IMG/VR virus record: IMGVR_UViG_3300032307_000539
Span: 1,629-65,628 of that record
DNA length: 64,000 nt
Source of the DNA: a virus
Taxonomy: Duplodnaviria; Caudoviricetes
Strand: one strand, 5' to 3'
Under the pieces are notes generated by a model. The model saw only the letters and a list, made by a program, of their open reading frames with translations. It was not told the origin of the DNA and did not search any database. This document shows positions 1 to 9,515 of this stretch, one piece after another. The stretch's first letter is position 1. Each line of letters starts with the position of its first letter. Both the position numbers and the translations under genes were made by a program.

Positions 1-2
1 TG

Positions 3-395
3 TTTGGAGACAAAATATCTTTGACAGATATAGGGCTTAGTGTAAATAAAGACCACGCAACTGTTATATATGGAATAAAAAAGGTTGAAAGCTCAAAGGT
101 TTTTGACCCACAGTTGTACACTCTTTTAAGGTCTTTTTTAGAGTACTGCTCAAGCAAAGACGAAGAAAATAAAGACATCTTAGAATACGCTAGAAAGATG
201 GATATTGAATCTCTTACAGAAGAGGTTTTGAGATTAAGAGCAAATCAATTATCGTTCCCAATACTTGCAGAAATAAACAGTTTCTTGAACGAATGCGATA
301 AAGAAACTAGGGAGTCACTATTATTAAAAATAAAAACAGTTTACGAATTAAATAAAAAAGTGTATGATGTCAGAAATAAAGTTACCGCAGGTTAA
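3..395 (+). CDS. DnaA C-terminal (domain IV)-like HTH DNA-binding protein, 5' partial
   Basis: Frame open from the window edge; SLTDIGLSVNKDHATVIYGIKKV resembles the DnaA domain IV motif (SL..IG..F.RDHTTV.HA). Confidence 0.65.
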   Translation, partial: FGDKISLTDIGLSVNKDHATVIYGIKKVESSKVFDPQLYTLLRSFLEYCSSKDEENKDILEYARKMDIESLTEEVLRLRANQLSFPILAEINSFLNECDKETRESLLLKIKTVYELNKKVYDVRNKVTAG

Positions 396-774
396 AGAAT
401 TAACTCCAGAATTGAAAGATATTTACTTATCAGAAACAGAAAGATGTGGTCAATTCAAAAAAGAAGATGTTTCAGATACCGATTTGGTAGGCTCTCACTT
501 CTCATTTGAATCTTCTTCTCAAGGAGAGGAGTTTTGGTTTCAAGTGTGGAACAGTTTAACTGGAAATCTATTGCTAGATTGTGATTCTGACACGATAATT
601 GTTGCAGGGCCTAATACCACATTCCCAGCTATATCAAAAGAGAAAACAATAAAAGACATTGATAAAATGGTTTTATTTAAAGACGGAGATTTAAAAGAGG
701 TTATTTTTGATATTTCTGAAGCAAAAATCGAAATTAACGATTCCGGGAAAACGTTGACCATAAACTTAAAATAA
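364..774 (+). CDS. hypothetical protein
   Basis: ORF coupled to upstream gene; contains an F.F..S.QG.EFW motif shared with other small ORFs here. Confidence 0.6.
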   Translation: MMSEIKLPQVKELTPELKDIYLSETERCGQFKKEDVSDTDLVGSHFSFESSSQGEEFWFQVWNSLTGNLLLDCDSDTIIVAGPNTTFPAISKEKTIKDIDKMVLFKDGDLKEVIFDISEAKIEINDSGKTLTINLK

Positions 775-778
775 TCAC

Positions 779-786
779 TATCTTTG
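779..786 (+). promoter_or_regulatory. Bacteroidota -7 promoter element TATCTTTG
   Basis: Matches TAnnTTTG, just upstream of ATG 799. Confidence 0.6.
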
Positions 787-798
787 TGTTTTCATCGT

Positions 799-1236
799 AT
801 GAAGTACAATTCAAAAGCAAACACATATAAAGGTATTCGATTCAAGAGTCGATTAGAGACTTATATGTATAAATTGTTTGAAGGAGCCGGCATAAAAGCC
901 GAGTACGAAAAACACAAGTATGAAATATTAAAGCCCTTCTTCTTTCCTTTTGACTGCTATGAAAAATCAATCAGAGGGAAGGCTTTGGTTAATAAGGGAA
1001 ATAAAAAGATACAGGGTATAGTTTATACTCCTGACTTCGTTATAGAAGACCAAAACACAACCTATATCGTAGAAACAAAAGGTATTGCAACTCCAGATTT
1101 TATGGTTAGGTTTAAGCTTTTCAAGAATTGGTGTTTGAGCCAAGGCAAAGATTTCGTGATATTTATGCCTAGAAACCAGACGCAGTGTAACGAAACGCTA
1201 GAAACAATACAACAAATGATAGAGGCCGCTAAATAA
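799..1236 (+). CDS. PD-(D/E)xK endonuclease, T7 endonuclease I/DUF1064-like (candidate resolvase)
   Basis: GIRFKSRLE, YTPDFVI and IVETKG motifs; ATG 799 preferred to the TTG at 784. Confidence 0.75.
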   Translation: MKYNSKANTYKGIRFKSRLETYMYKLFEGAGIKAEYEKHKYEILKPFFFPFDCYEKSIRGKALVNKGNKKIQGIVYTPDFVIEDQNTTYIVETKGIATPDFMVRFKLFKNWCLSQGKDFVIFMPRNQTQCNETLETIQQMIEAAK

Positions 1237-1250
1237 CGGCCTCTTTTTTT
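1221..1250 (+). terminator. intrinsic terminator between convergent genes
   Basis: AGAGGCCG-ctaaataa-CGGCCTCT followed by a T-run. Confidence 0.75.
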
Positions 1251-4200
1251 ACTTCCTATACTCAGCTTCTATGAATTGAACAAATCTAAACAAAGACTCT
1301 TTATCATTTGAGTAAATAATATCTTCATTCAATCTCTGAGTAAGAAATTCCAAATCAGAATCGCCCTTCTTGTAGCTCTCTATAAGCTCGTTAACATCCT
1401 TGCTTATATCTACAACTGGAGGAGGATTCTTTTTGTACTTCTCTATTTCTTTTCTAACATAAGCCAAATCCTCCATAGACATTTTTGCTTCTGACGATAT
1501 AGCGTTTAATGTTTCTTTTCTCCAATACCTTTTAGCGGACTCAGGCATATTAGAGTCTAAAACCTCATTGATAAAGTTGTGGTTGTATTTTGTGTACAAA
1601 GCCACTTGCACACTATTATTTTTAACATCAAAGATATTCTTGAGCTTTTCCTTTGCTTCGGCTTGTTTTTTTCGCAACTCTTCTTTAGAGTAATTCTCAC
1701 TACCTTTATAGTCAAGCCAAAACATATCAAATACAATATTATTCATTGCCCTGTCTTCTTTTTCTGCAAAAACCCTATTTTGTCTTTCAGAAAGATTTAC
1801 ACCCTTCTCTCTTAGATATTCTTTATTATAAATAACGTTGTTCTTAAAGTCATTTATACCGAAAGATATATTTCTTCCAAGAGGAGTAAGACCAATTGAG
1901 GCTAAGGCATCAGCTATTTTTCCGGCTCTACTTAACGTTTCGTTTTTATTTGTAGATAATGAGCCAGTATCTTCTTTTTTCTTTTCCGGTGTTACGGCCT
2001 TAAATACCTTTTCACCACCCTTTACCGCTATGTCCATCACTGGTATATTCGGGGTGTAGTCTCCTTCTTTCTTCTCAGAGAAAGCCACGTTATAACCTAT
2101 ATTCTTTTTTTGAGAACCACCAAATCTAGGCTCGTATTTCCCTGAATAAGTAATATCTTCTCCATACTGCTTATTGGCCTCTTCAATAGCCGAGGTTATA
2201 ATCTCTCTAGAAACAGAGCCTCTTCCTTGTGTTGCTGTTTGTATAAGGGCGTCAATAATTATTCTTCTTTCTTTGTATATTTTATCTTCCTCCGTTTCGT
2301 CTATTCTAGAAGTACCTTCTAGTAAGTTAGCATCTCCTTTATCATCATCGCCGGCTAACGCAGTAGCTATGGCCCCGCCTATTGGCGCTAACAACAACAA
2401 TTTTGTTGCTCTAATAACCTCCCCGTAAACTAAGTTTGAAGCTAATTTAACAGAAGCTGTCTTAACACCATCTATATTTCCCCTCCTGAAGGCGTCCTCA
2501 ACAGCATTACCCTGAGCTAGATTGAACGAATTAAAAAACTGGTTTGCCATTCTCCATATATTATAACCAGCGCTATCTTTTGGAGACCTTCTTAGTTTTT
2601 CAGGTAAATTAAACGGGTTTTTTGTCCCAACAGTCTTTGATAGATTTGTGTCGGCATATAGTGATGATTCGTATATCGCATCTCTATGTTTGTCCAAGTA
2701 TTCAACATCTCCCTTTTCAATAGCTTTATAATCTGGCTTTTCACCTGTAATTTCCAAAAACTTAGCATCGAAAGAACCGTAAAATAACGGTATGGCCACA
2801 GCTACATCTGGATTATTAATCATTATTCTATTGAACTCCTGTAAGTAATCGTAATACTGACCAGTTGTCTTTTTGTTTAAAAACCTAATATTTTCAATCA
2901 TTTTAGACTTTATCTCACTAGGTCTTTTGCTTCTTTTTCCTGAGCCTAAAACCTCTGCGCCTTGTAGTATTTTACTCTCATTTGCTATACGAGAACCCTG
3001 TTGAGTTCCTATGTTTTCAATTACAGATGCGTGATTTACTTCGTTTGAAAGTATGTTTTTATACACGGCAATTCCTCTTATAAGTTCTTGAGGGTTTTCC
3101 ATTGCATTCACGACATTGGAAAACATATCTGCAAAAATCTTGTCAATACCAATTAGTTTCGTGCTTGTAGCCAATGTAGAGGCCGCGTCAAGAACCTCAT
3201 CAGCAACGCTTTTCTTCATTAAACTTATACCAACAGTGGTCTCAAGTGCATTCTCGTAATCATTTTCAATTACAGTCAACACCTCTAATCTTTTGTTTTT
3301 TTCCGACTGACTCATGCTGCTTTCCAAAATTCCTTTTCTTACAGCCGACAGTGTTTTTGCGACAGTTTTGCTTTCAGAGTTTAACTTCAACAAGGACAAC
3401 TCTCTTGCATTCATTTCGTAAACCCCAACAATGTCTTTTAAGTTCAAAACAAGTGAAGGCCCTGTTGCCCCAGCTTTCTCTTTCACAGAAGAAGCAACTG
3501 CTGATGGTCGACCTAAAAAGCTGCTTTTTATGTCTTCAAAAGTGTCTCCTCCTATTCTAGTTAGTCTTATTGGAAAATACGACTCATTGGCTACGAATGG
3601 AGTTCCTTGTTGAAAGAAAGCATTCTCCTGAGCTAATGGGTTTGTTTCGTTTCTCGAATCATCAAGATTTTTTATTATGGACTTTTCTGCTTCTGTTAAA
3701 GCTATGTTTTCACCTCTTTCAGTAGCTGCTTCAGCTTCAGATATAAGCTCCTTTAAAATATTGATTTCCGCCTCGTTGTATATATCTTGTTTGGTTGGGT
3801 CGTTTAACACATCTCTAAAATATTGCGAAGCAGACCTAGCGTTTTTCATTCCAGCCAAGTGCATTCTTTGGACAAGAAATACTCCTAATCTTAAATTTGT
3901 TTTTATGATTTCGTTATCCTTACCTCCAGATATTTTTGATATTTCTTTCAAGGCTCCGTCAAAATAATCTCTCTGAAGTCTGTCTACAAATGTACTAGCT
4001 TCTCCAACAACACTTCCTGAGCGACCGTATACAGACTCATACAGAGGTCTTTCATTTTTACCTAAGTTTTTAAAGAATAAAGAATCCTTTGCAAAACCAA
4101 AGGACCCCCTTACTTTTTCTTTAATAGTAGATGTTTTTGTGCCAGCGATATTTTTAATTATCGACTTGGCTCTTGAAAAATAACCAGTAAAGTTTACTGC

Positions 4201-5358
4201 AAATTTATCTCCAAAAACTGCCTCTAGTTTTTTTGACCGGTTAAATGCGTCTATATCAACTTTAAAAGACTCTAAAGTTCTCGACTGATAACCCATCTCC
4301 ATCATAGATAAGGTGTTCAATAAATTTTCTGCCTTTGACTTACCTAATGTCGATAGATATTCTGGAGTTAAACCGCTTAATACTTGGTCAAGCCTTTCTC
4401 TGGTGGCTTTGTCGAATAGTTGGCTAAAATTAGCTCTATTACTCTCTAATGAAGAAGAAACGTCATTTATCTCTTTTAATGTTTCTGCGGAATCCCAAGG
4501 TTCTTTTTCTATCTCTAAAATCTCCTTTAAAGATTGAAATCTCTCTTGGTTTTCGATAATAAAGTCCCTTTCTGCGTTTGTTATAATTCCAGACTCATTC
4601 ATTGCTATAGCAACATCAAGTAAGTCGTTTCTATTAATCAAATCGGAAGAGCCGGGAGATTCAGAGAACTCCCTTATTTTTTCAGATAAATAAGTTATGT
4701 TTTCTCTGCGTTTAAATATAACGTCCGACATCATTTTTGCTTCTTGAGAGGCCTGACTTGCAGTTGTTTTTTCAGAAAGAACCCTCCCAAGCAAAGATTC
4801 ATAACCGCTAATTTCAGAGGCTGGTATTTCTTCTACAGGTATAGACAGTAATCTTGAAAAATCTGTAAAACTACCCTCTTCTTTTACTAATTTTCCACTT
4901 TTTAATTTTTCAGATAAAGCTTTTCTTTTATTGTTTAGCTCTTTTTGCTTTCTTTCGTAATCTTTGATGGTAACAGTCTTGTCTAAAAGGTCAACGAACT
5001 TTTCGATAGCAATATTTTTGTTGGAGGCTCTCTCTATATTTAAAGCAGCCTTTGTTAGTGACCTTACGCTAGAACTATTGTATGTTCCGGAGCGAACAGC
5101 CTCGTTTAGCATATTGATTAAAAAACCAACTCTTTCCTTCATGTCGGATTTTTTTTCTACAGCAGAACGCTTTACTTCTTCTAATGCTTTACCAACAGCA
5201 TCATTTTGGTCTTGAATAGATTTAGCATCAATCATTTCCTTTAAGGAAGATGCATCTATAACACCGTTTTTTAGAGCCTCTATTAACTCAGCTTCGCTTT
5301 TAAAGTTATGTGTTACTCCGTCTTTGTCTGTGTATGTAAAGCCACAAGGATTAGCCAT
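1249..5358 (-). CDS. large internal virion/ejection protein (about 1369 aa)
   Basis: Long helical ORF at the end of the virion operon; likely start MANPCGFTY at 5358, directly after the ferritin stop. Confidence 0.6.
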   Translation of the reverse strand: MANPCGFTYTDKDGVTHNFKSEAELIEALKNGVIDASSLKEMIDAKSIQDQNDAVGKALEEVKRSAVEKKSDMKERVGFLINMLNEAVRSGTYNSSSVRSLTKAALNIERASNKNIAIEKFVDLLDKTVTIKDYERKQKELNNKRKALSEKLKSGKLVKEEGSFTDFSRLLSIPVEEIPASEISGYESLLGRVLSEKTTASQASQEAKMMSDVIFKRRENITYLSEKIREFSESPGSSDLINRNDLLDVAIAMNESGIITNAERDFIIENQERFQSLKEILEIEKEPWDSAETLKEINDVSSSLESNRANFSQLFDKATRERLDQVLSGLTPEYLSTLGKSKAENLLNTLSMMEMGYQSRTLESFKVDIDAFNRSKKLEAVFGDKFAVNFTGYFSRAKSIIKNIAGTKTSTIKEKVRGSFGFAKDSLFFKNLGKNERPLYESVYGRSGSVVGEASTFVDRLQRDYFDGALKEISKISGGKDNEIIKTNLRLGVFLVQRMHLAGMKNARSASQYFRDVLNDPTKQDIYNEAEINILKELISEAEAATERGENIALTEAEKSIIKNLDDSRNETNPLAQENAFFQQGTPFVANESYFPIRLTRIGGDTFEDIKSSFLGRPSAVASSVKEKAGATGPSLVLNLKDIVGVYEMNARELSLLKLNSESKTVAKTLSAVRKGILESSMSQSEKNKRLEVLTVIENDYENALETTVGISLMKKSVADEVLDAASTLATSTKLIGIDKIFADMFSNVVNAMENPQELIRGIAVYKNILSNEVNHASVIENIGTQQGSRIANESKILQGAEVLGSGKRSKRPSEIKSKMIENIRFLNKKTTGQYYDYLQEFNRIMINNPDVAVAIPLFYGSFDAKFLEITGEKPDYKAIEKGDVEYLDKHRDAIYESSLYADTNLSKTVGTKNPFNLPEKLRRSPKDSAGYNIWRMANQFFNSFNLAQGNAVEDAFRRGNIDGVKTASVKLASNLVYGEVIRATKLLLLAPIGGAIATALAGDDDKGDANLLEGTSRIDETEEDKIYKERRIIIDALIQTATQGRGSVSREIITSAIEEANKQYGEDITYSGKYEPRFGGSQKKNIGYNVAFSEKKEGDYTPNIPVMDIAVKGGEKVFKAVTPEKKKEDTGSLSTNKNETLSRAGKIADALASIGLTPLGRNISFGINDFKNNVIYNKEYLREKGVNLSERQNRVFAEKEDRAMNNIVFDMFWLDYKGSENYSKEELRKKQAEAKEKLKNIFDVKNNSVQVALYTKYNHNFINEVLDSNMPESAKRYWRKETLNAISSEAKMSMEDLAYVRKEIEKYKKNPPPVVDISKDVNELIESYKKGDSDLEFLTQRLNEDIIYSNDKESLFRFVQFIEAEYRK

Positions 5359-5359
5359 A

Positions 5360-5851
5360 TTAGAATAATTTTTTCTCCAACAATAACATTGTGAATTTAT
5401 CAGAAGGATTAACTCCTTCAAGCTTTCCAAGCATATCGCTATATGTAATAACGGCGTCTTTTTGAGCCTCCCTAAAGAACTGTAAGAAGTCAAACGTGCA
5501 GACATCTCCAATATCCATCAGCTCTTTTGAACACTCATTGTATAAGCTATAAAGCTCATATTCCGTGTCATAAACAGTTTGTATTAGCTCTGATAAATTA
5601 TTGTAATTAAGTTTTGAAGGGAACTCGACAGCAACGCTTGGGTCTACATTCCAATCTATCAGATAGTCTTGAATCTTTCTAGCGTGACCTAGTTCCTCGT
5701 CACTTTCTTTTATGAAAAAATCTCTTGCTAAGTCAAATCCGTTGTCTCTACACCAATTACTTGCTGCTTGATACGTGTAGTGATGCAAATACTCTTTTGA
5801 AATCTTTTTTGTTAGGATTTCTATAGTTTTAGGGTTGAGTGTTTTTAACAT
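5360..5851 (-). CDS. ftnA: ferritin (non-heme, FtnA-like)
   Basis: 163 aa; E..Y, ESDEELGHA (EExxH), downstream E and Q ferroxidase ligands; TFDFLQFF helix. Confidence 0.85.
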   Translation of the reverse strand: MLKTLNPKTIEILTKKISKEYLHHYTYQAASNWCRDNGFDLARDFFIKESDEELGHARKIQDYLIDWNVDPSVAVEFPSKLNYNNLSELIQTVYDTEYELYSLYNECSKELMDIGDVCTFDFLQFFREAQKDAVITYSDMLGKLEGVNPSDKFTMLLLEKKLF

Positions 5852-8800
5852 GGTATTTCTTTAATTTTTCCTTCTTTAATTAATGCCGCTACAATCTCGT
5901 ATGAACGTGACTCAAGCACTCTGTTATTTATGTCATTAACCTTGTTTTGCAAAGATACTTCTTTTTCATTTTGTGTTTTCGTAGGCTCTTCTTTTGTAAA
6001 AAGTTTATCCAATACTTCTCTTGATTCTGGGTTTATATCTAACTCAATCGGGCTTCCTTTGATGTTGTTATATATCTTCTCTAAATAATTTTTAGCACTT
6101 TGAAATATTGTCTTCAATTCATTTGTAGGAGCAATTCCATCATAGAAGTATTTTTCAACACCTCTAGCAAAAGCCTCACTTGTTTGTTCGGTCCAGCCTT
6201 CTGTTCCAGCCCAATCTTGAATCGTCTTCATTTGGCTTTCTGATAAATCTGATTCAAGTATTCGTCCTATTTGATTAATTGGTGTTTTTGAATCAGCGTC
6301 ATTAAAAAACTCGATTACTTTTTTACCATCACTTAGCATTTCACTTGTTTTAGCAAAATCCTTAGATACGTTCTCAACTTTTCTATACCAACCATTACCA
6401 AGACCACTAGCTTCGGCCCTAGCATTCATTATACTAAGAACAAGTTTGATTTCGTTATTTAAGAAGCCTCTTTCGTGCAAAACCTCAGCCGTCTTCTTTT
6501 GAATAAACTCTGCGTGTTCAGCGTCAGTTCTCTTATCAAATGGTATAGCCTCAAGTTCAGTGGTTGATTTCTCATTAGACATAACCTGATACAAATACCT
6601 CTTAGCTTCCTCAGAATTGCTTACTTCTTTTACACTCGTATATCCCTCTGGAACTTCAGTTGGCACAGCATCTCCATTCTTCGTGCTGTAATAGAAAACA
6701 TTCGATTTCAATTGCTCTGAATTGTAATCAATAACCGCTTTGTATCTCGCCTCTCTGTCTGTTATTTTTTCTCCAGTTTGCTGTTCGGCATTTTTCTTGG
6801 CCTCGGCAATTCTCTTTTCTTGGTCTGATTTTGAAAGCCCATAAAAACCATCGTTTCTTTTTCTTGAAGCGGTGTTTATTTCCTCTATCTTCTCGAATGC
6901 CCTTTTAAAACTTCTCTGCAACTCAGCAAGCTGTACTCTTTTGTCTTCTTTAGATAAGTCTGAATCCTTAACCCTTTCGGCTTCTTTTTTGATTTCCGCA
7001 ACCTTATTTGAAAGGTCTAAAACCACCTTTCTATCCCCTTCAGGCATCAATTCTAGTCTATCTATAGAATCTTCCACAACCTTTCTTGATTGAGACTCTA
7101 ATCGCTCACCCTCCTTTATGAGTAGTTGTTTGGCCTCTGCGCTCAAGTTAGGGTCTTGTAACTTCTGACCTATTTCTGTCGCTCTCAAGGAGTTTTTATG
7201 CAGTAAGTTTAACTCCTTGCTATTCATATATGGAGAGGTCTGTTCTGCAACTATATGAGAGGCGACTACGTTCTGAGAATGTAGTATTACAGCGTGAAGA
7301 GTCTGGTCTATTCCACCCCAAGATTTTGAGAAGTCAAATTCCTTACCAAGAACATATCTGTCGCTAAGACCGTTGATAACGCTTGTTGAACGAAGAATAG
7401 CATCCAGTTTCACAGAATCTCGTAGGAACTTGCTAGCCTCTTGAGCGAACTTTTCCCTCATAGTCCTAGACAACATTTCCGGAGCTACACTCCTAATTAT
7501 TGGGTTAAATATGGTTTTAACTTGAAAAGCCAACGGAAGATTTGTAGCTGCTCCATACAAAATAGCACCAGTCCAAGCTTGTCTACGCCCATATAAATCC
7601 TTGCCTTCGTTATTTTTTACATCGTAAGTTTTCCCTCCAAAGTCAAACTTATCCTTATTTGAATCTTTCGCTTCGTGTAAAGCCCGTTTAAACTCTCTGT
7701 TCTCCTGATTTATCTCTCTTAACTTAGCTCCAGTAGCATCTGCGGTAAGAGCAATAGTTCCAGCAACAGGACCTCCAGCAGTTATAGCGGCAACCATTCC
7801 AAGTCCGTCTCCAAAAATACTTGTAGTTTCGTTTATAAAACTACTAACATTTGTAACCTCCTTTACATCTCTAACTCCAGCCAGTTCTTTCTCCTGTGCT
7901 TCCGTAGCAATGTTTATAGCTTTCTCAACATCCTTCTGAGCCTCTTCTTCTCCAAGCAATGGAAATCCCGTGTCTTTCGCTAGGTCTTTTCCTAATTGAT
8001 ACATATTGGCTAAAGCACCCCAGCCCCACGCTTTTACTCTCTTTGCCATTTCAGCCAGTTCATTGGTCTCCGCAGAATAACCACTTACGGCAGTTTTTAA
8101 GTTCTTAACCTTCTTGACCCCTTCATAATATTTTTTTCTTACTTTTAAATATTCTGAATAATACCCAGATATTAACGCCTCATTTTTGTCATACTCATTC
8201 TTTAACCTCTGAAACTCATCTTTGTCCTTGACGGTTCTAGCAGTATCAATAAGTTCGTTTCTTTTGTCCACAAGTTTATCCATACTAAGATTGAGCGCAG
8301 AAACCCTATCAAAGTCTAGTTTGTTTTCTTTTTCAGTAGCTTTTAGTAAGTTTCTACTAACTTTAGTTATAGCAAATCTTTCTTGAGGAGTCAACTTTTC
8401 AGTAGCATCATAATACTTATTTAGTAATAATGCGTCTTGCTTATTTTCAAAGAATCTATTTTTAACTCTTTCGGCCTTTTCTTCCGGTTTTAAATCCTTA
8501 AACTTTGGGTCTTCGATGGAAAGCTCTTCTCTTATGTCTGCAAAGTTATCTCCCTTTAAATCAACGACTGTTTGCCCGGTCATTTTCCCGGAAAGAGTAT
8601 TCATGGCTGTTCTAAAAACATCCTCTGTCTCATCTAGAATACCAGTTCTTTGAACTTGAGCGTTGTATTCTCTTTCAATCGAATCTAAGTCTTCTCTTGT
8701 TATAGAAATATCACCTACTTTGGCTTTTGCTGAGTTGTACCAGTTAGATTCTTGAGCCTTAAATTCTTTTGCGGTATTAGAGTTCGCCATAAACTCTGTA

Positions 8801-9513
8801 TTTCCATAAGTAATTTTTTTAAGACCCACACTGGTCTTTGCAAGCTGTCTATCGATGTCCTCTAAACTCTCTACGGACAACGCTAATGATGGTGAGTTGA
8901 AGTCAATTTTAGGCAATTCAACAGGCTTTACCTCTACTCGTTGTGTTTGTGGATTATATACCTTTGACACTGTTTTTTCTGCCTCAGAAACAGCCTTAAT
9001 TTTAGGTCTATCAACAACCTGAGTTACAATTTCTTTTTCAGGCAGTTTTGTTTTTTTAGACTCAATCAGCTTTTGTACAATACCAGTAGGGACCTCTTCT
9101 TTTGATTTTCCTTGATTTGCCTTTTGCTTTTTCCAAAGCTCTATCTCCTTGCTGTTTTGTACTTTTTTGACAGTAGTATATCCGGCCGGAACCTCTTTTG
9201 GCTCCGACTCCACATTGCCCACTTTAGGGTTTACGTTGTAGTAATATACGTTCTTATCTTCCTTCCCAGTAGAGGAAACCAAAGGCCGAGCCTGCTTTTG
9301 TTTTTTTGAAACCACAGAACCACGTTTGGGTGGTTGAGGCTGTTCTTGTGTAGTAGATTCCGAAACAACTTCTGTTGAGTTTAAACCTGACGGTTCGCTT
9401 GACTCTTTTTTTTTTAAGTCAAAACCATAAGCATCTGCCACGTCTTCAATAGTCGCATTTGTTTCTAATGCAATAGATTCTATTTCTTGTAGGGTTATCT
9501 TGTTTTCAGCCAT
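5845..9513 (-). CDS. large internal virion/ejection protein (polyvalent-type, degenerate zincin-like C-terminal domain)
   Basis: 1222 aa; coiled-coil and Gly/Ala hydrophobic segments; EAFARGVEKYFYDGIAP motif; position after the tail genes. Confidence 0.6.
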   Translation of the reverse strand: MAENKITLQEIESIALETNATIEDVADAYGFDLKKKESSEPSGLNSTEVVSESTTQEQPQPPKRGSVVSKKQKQARPLVSSTGKEDKNVYYYNVNPKVGNVESEPKEVPAGYTTVKKVQNSKEIELWKKQKANQGKSKEEVPTGIVQKLIESKKTKLPEKEIVTQVVDRPKIKAVSEAEKTVSKVYNPQTQRVEVKPVELPKIDFNSPSLALSVESLEDIDRQLAKTSVGLKKITYGNTEFMANSNTAKEFKAQESNWYNSAKAKVGDISITREDLDSIEREYNAQVQRTGILDETEDVFRTAMNTLSGKMTGQTVVDLKGDNFADIREELSIEDPKFKDLKPEEKAERVKNRFFENKQDALLLNKYYDATEKLTPQERFAITKVSRNLLKATEKENKLDFDRVSALNLSMDKLVDKRNELIDTARTVKDKDEFQRLKNEYDKNEALISGYYSEYLKVRKKYYEGVKKVKNLKTAVSGYSAETNELAEMAKRVKAWGWGALANMYQLGKDLAKDTGFPLLGEEEAQKDVEKAINIATEAQEKELAGVRDVKEVTNVSSFINETTSIFGDGLGMVAAITAGGPVAGTIALTADATGAKLREINQENREFKRALHEAKDSNKDKFDFGGKTYDVKNNEGKDLYGRRQAWTGAILYGAATNLPLAFQVKTIFNPIIRSVAPEMLSRTMREKFAQEASKFLRDSVKLDAILRSTSVINGLSDRYVLGKEFDFSKSWGGIDQTLHAVILHSQNVVASHIVAEQTSPYMNSKELNLLHKNSLRATEIGQKLQDPNLSAEAKQLLIKEGERLESQSRKVVEDSIDRLELMPEGDRKVVLDLSNKVAEIKKEAERVKDSDLSKEDKRVQLAELQRSFKRAFEKIEEINTASRKRNDGFYGLSKSDQEKRIAEAKKNAEQQTGEKITDREARYKAVIDYNSEQLKSNVFYYSTKNGDAVPTEVPEGYTSVKEVSNSEEAKRYLYQVMSNEKSTTELEAIPFDKRTDAEHAEFIQKKTAEVLHERGFLNNEIKLVLSIMNARAEASGLGNGWYRKVENVSKDFAKTSEMLSDGKKVIEFFNDADSKTPINQIGRILESDLSESQMKTIQDWAGTEGWTEQTSEAFARGVEKYFYDGIAPTNELKTIFQSAKNYLEKIYNNIKGSPIELDINPESREVLDKLFTKEEPTKTQNEKEVSLQNKVNDINNRVLESRSYEIVAALIKEGKIKEIPC

Positions 9514-9515
9514 AT

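Noticed and set aside
5359-5511. N-terminal 51-aa extension of the 1420-aa ORF
   Set aside because: It overlaps ferritin in another frame; MANPC at 5358 directly after the ferritin stop is the plausible start.
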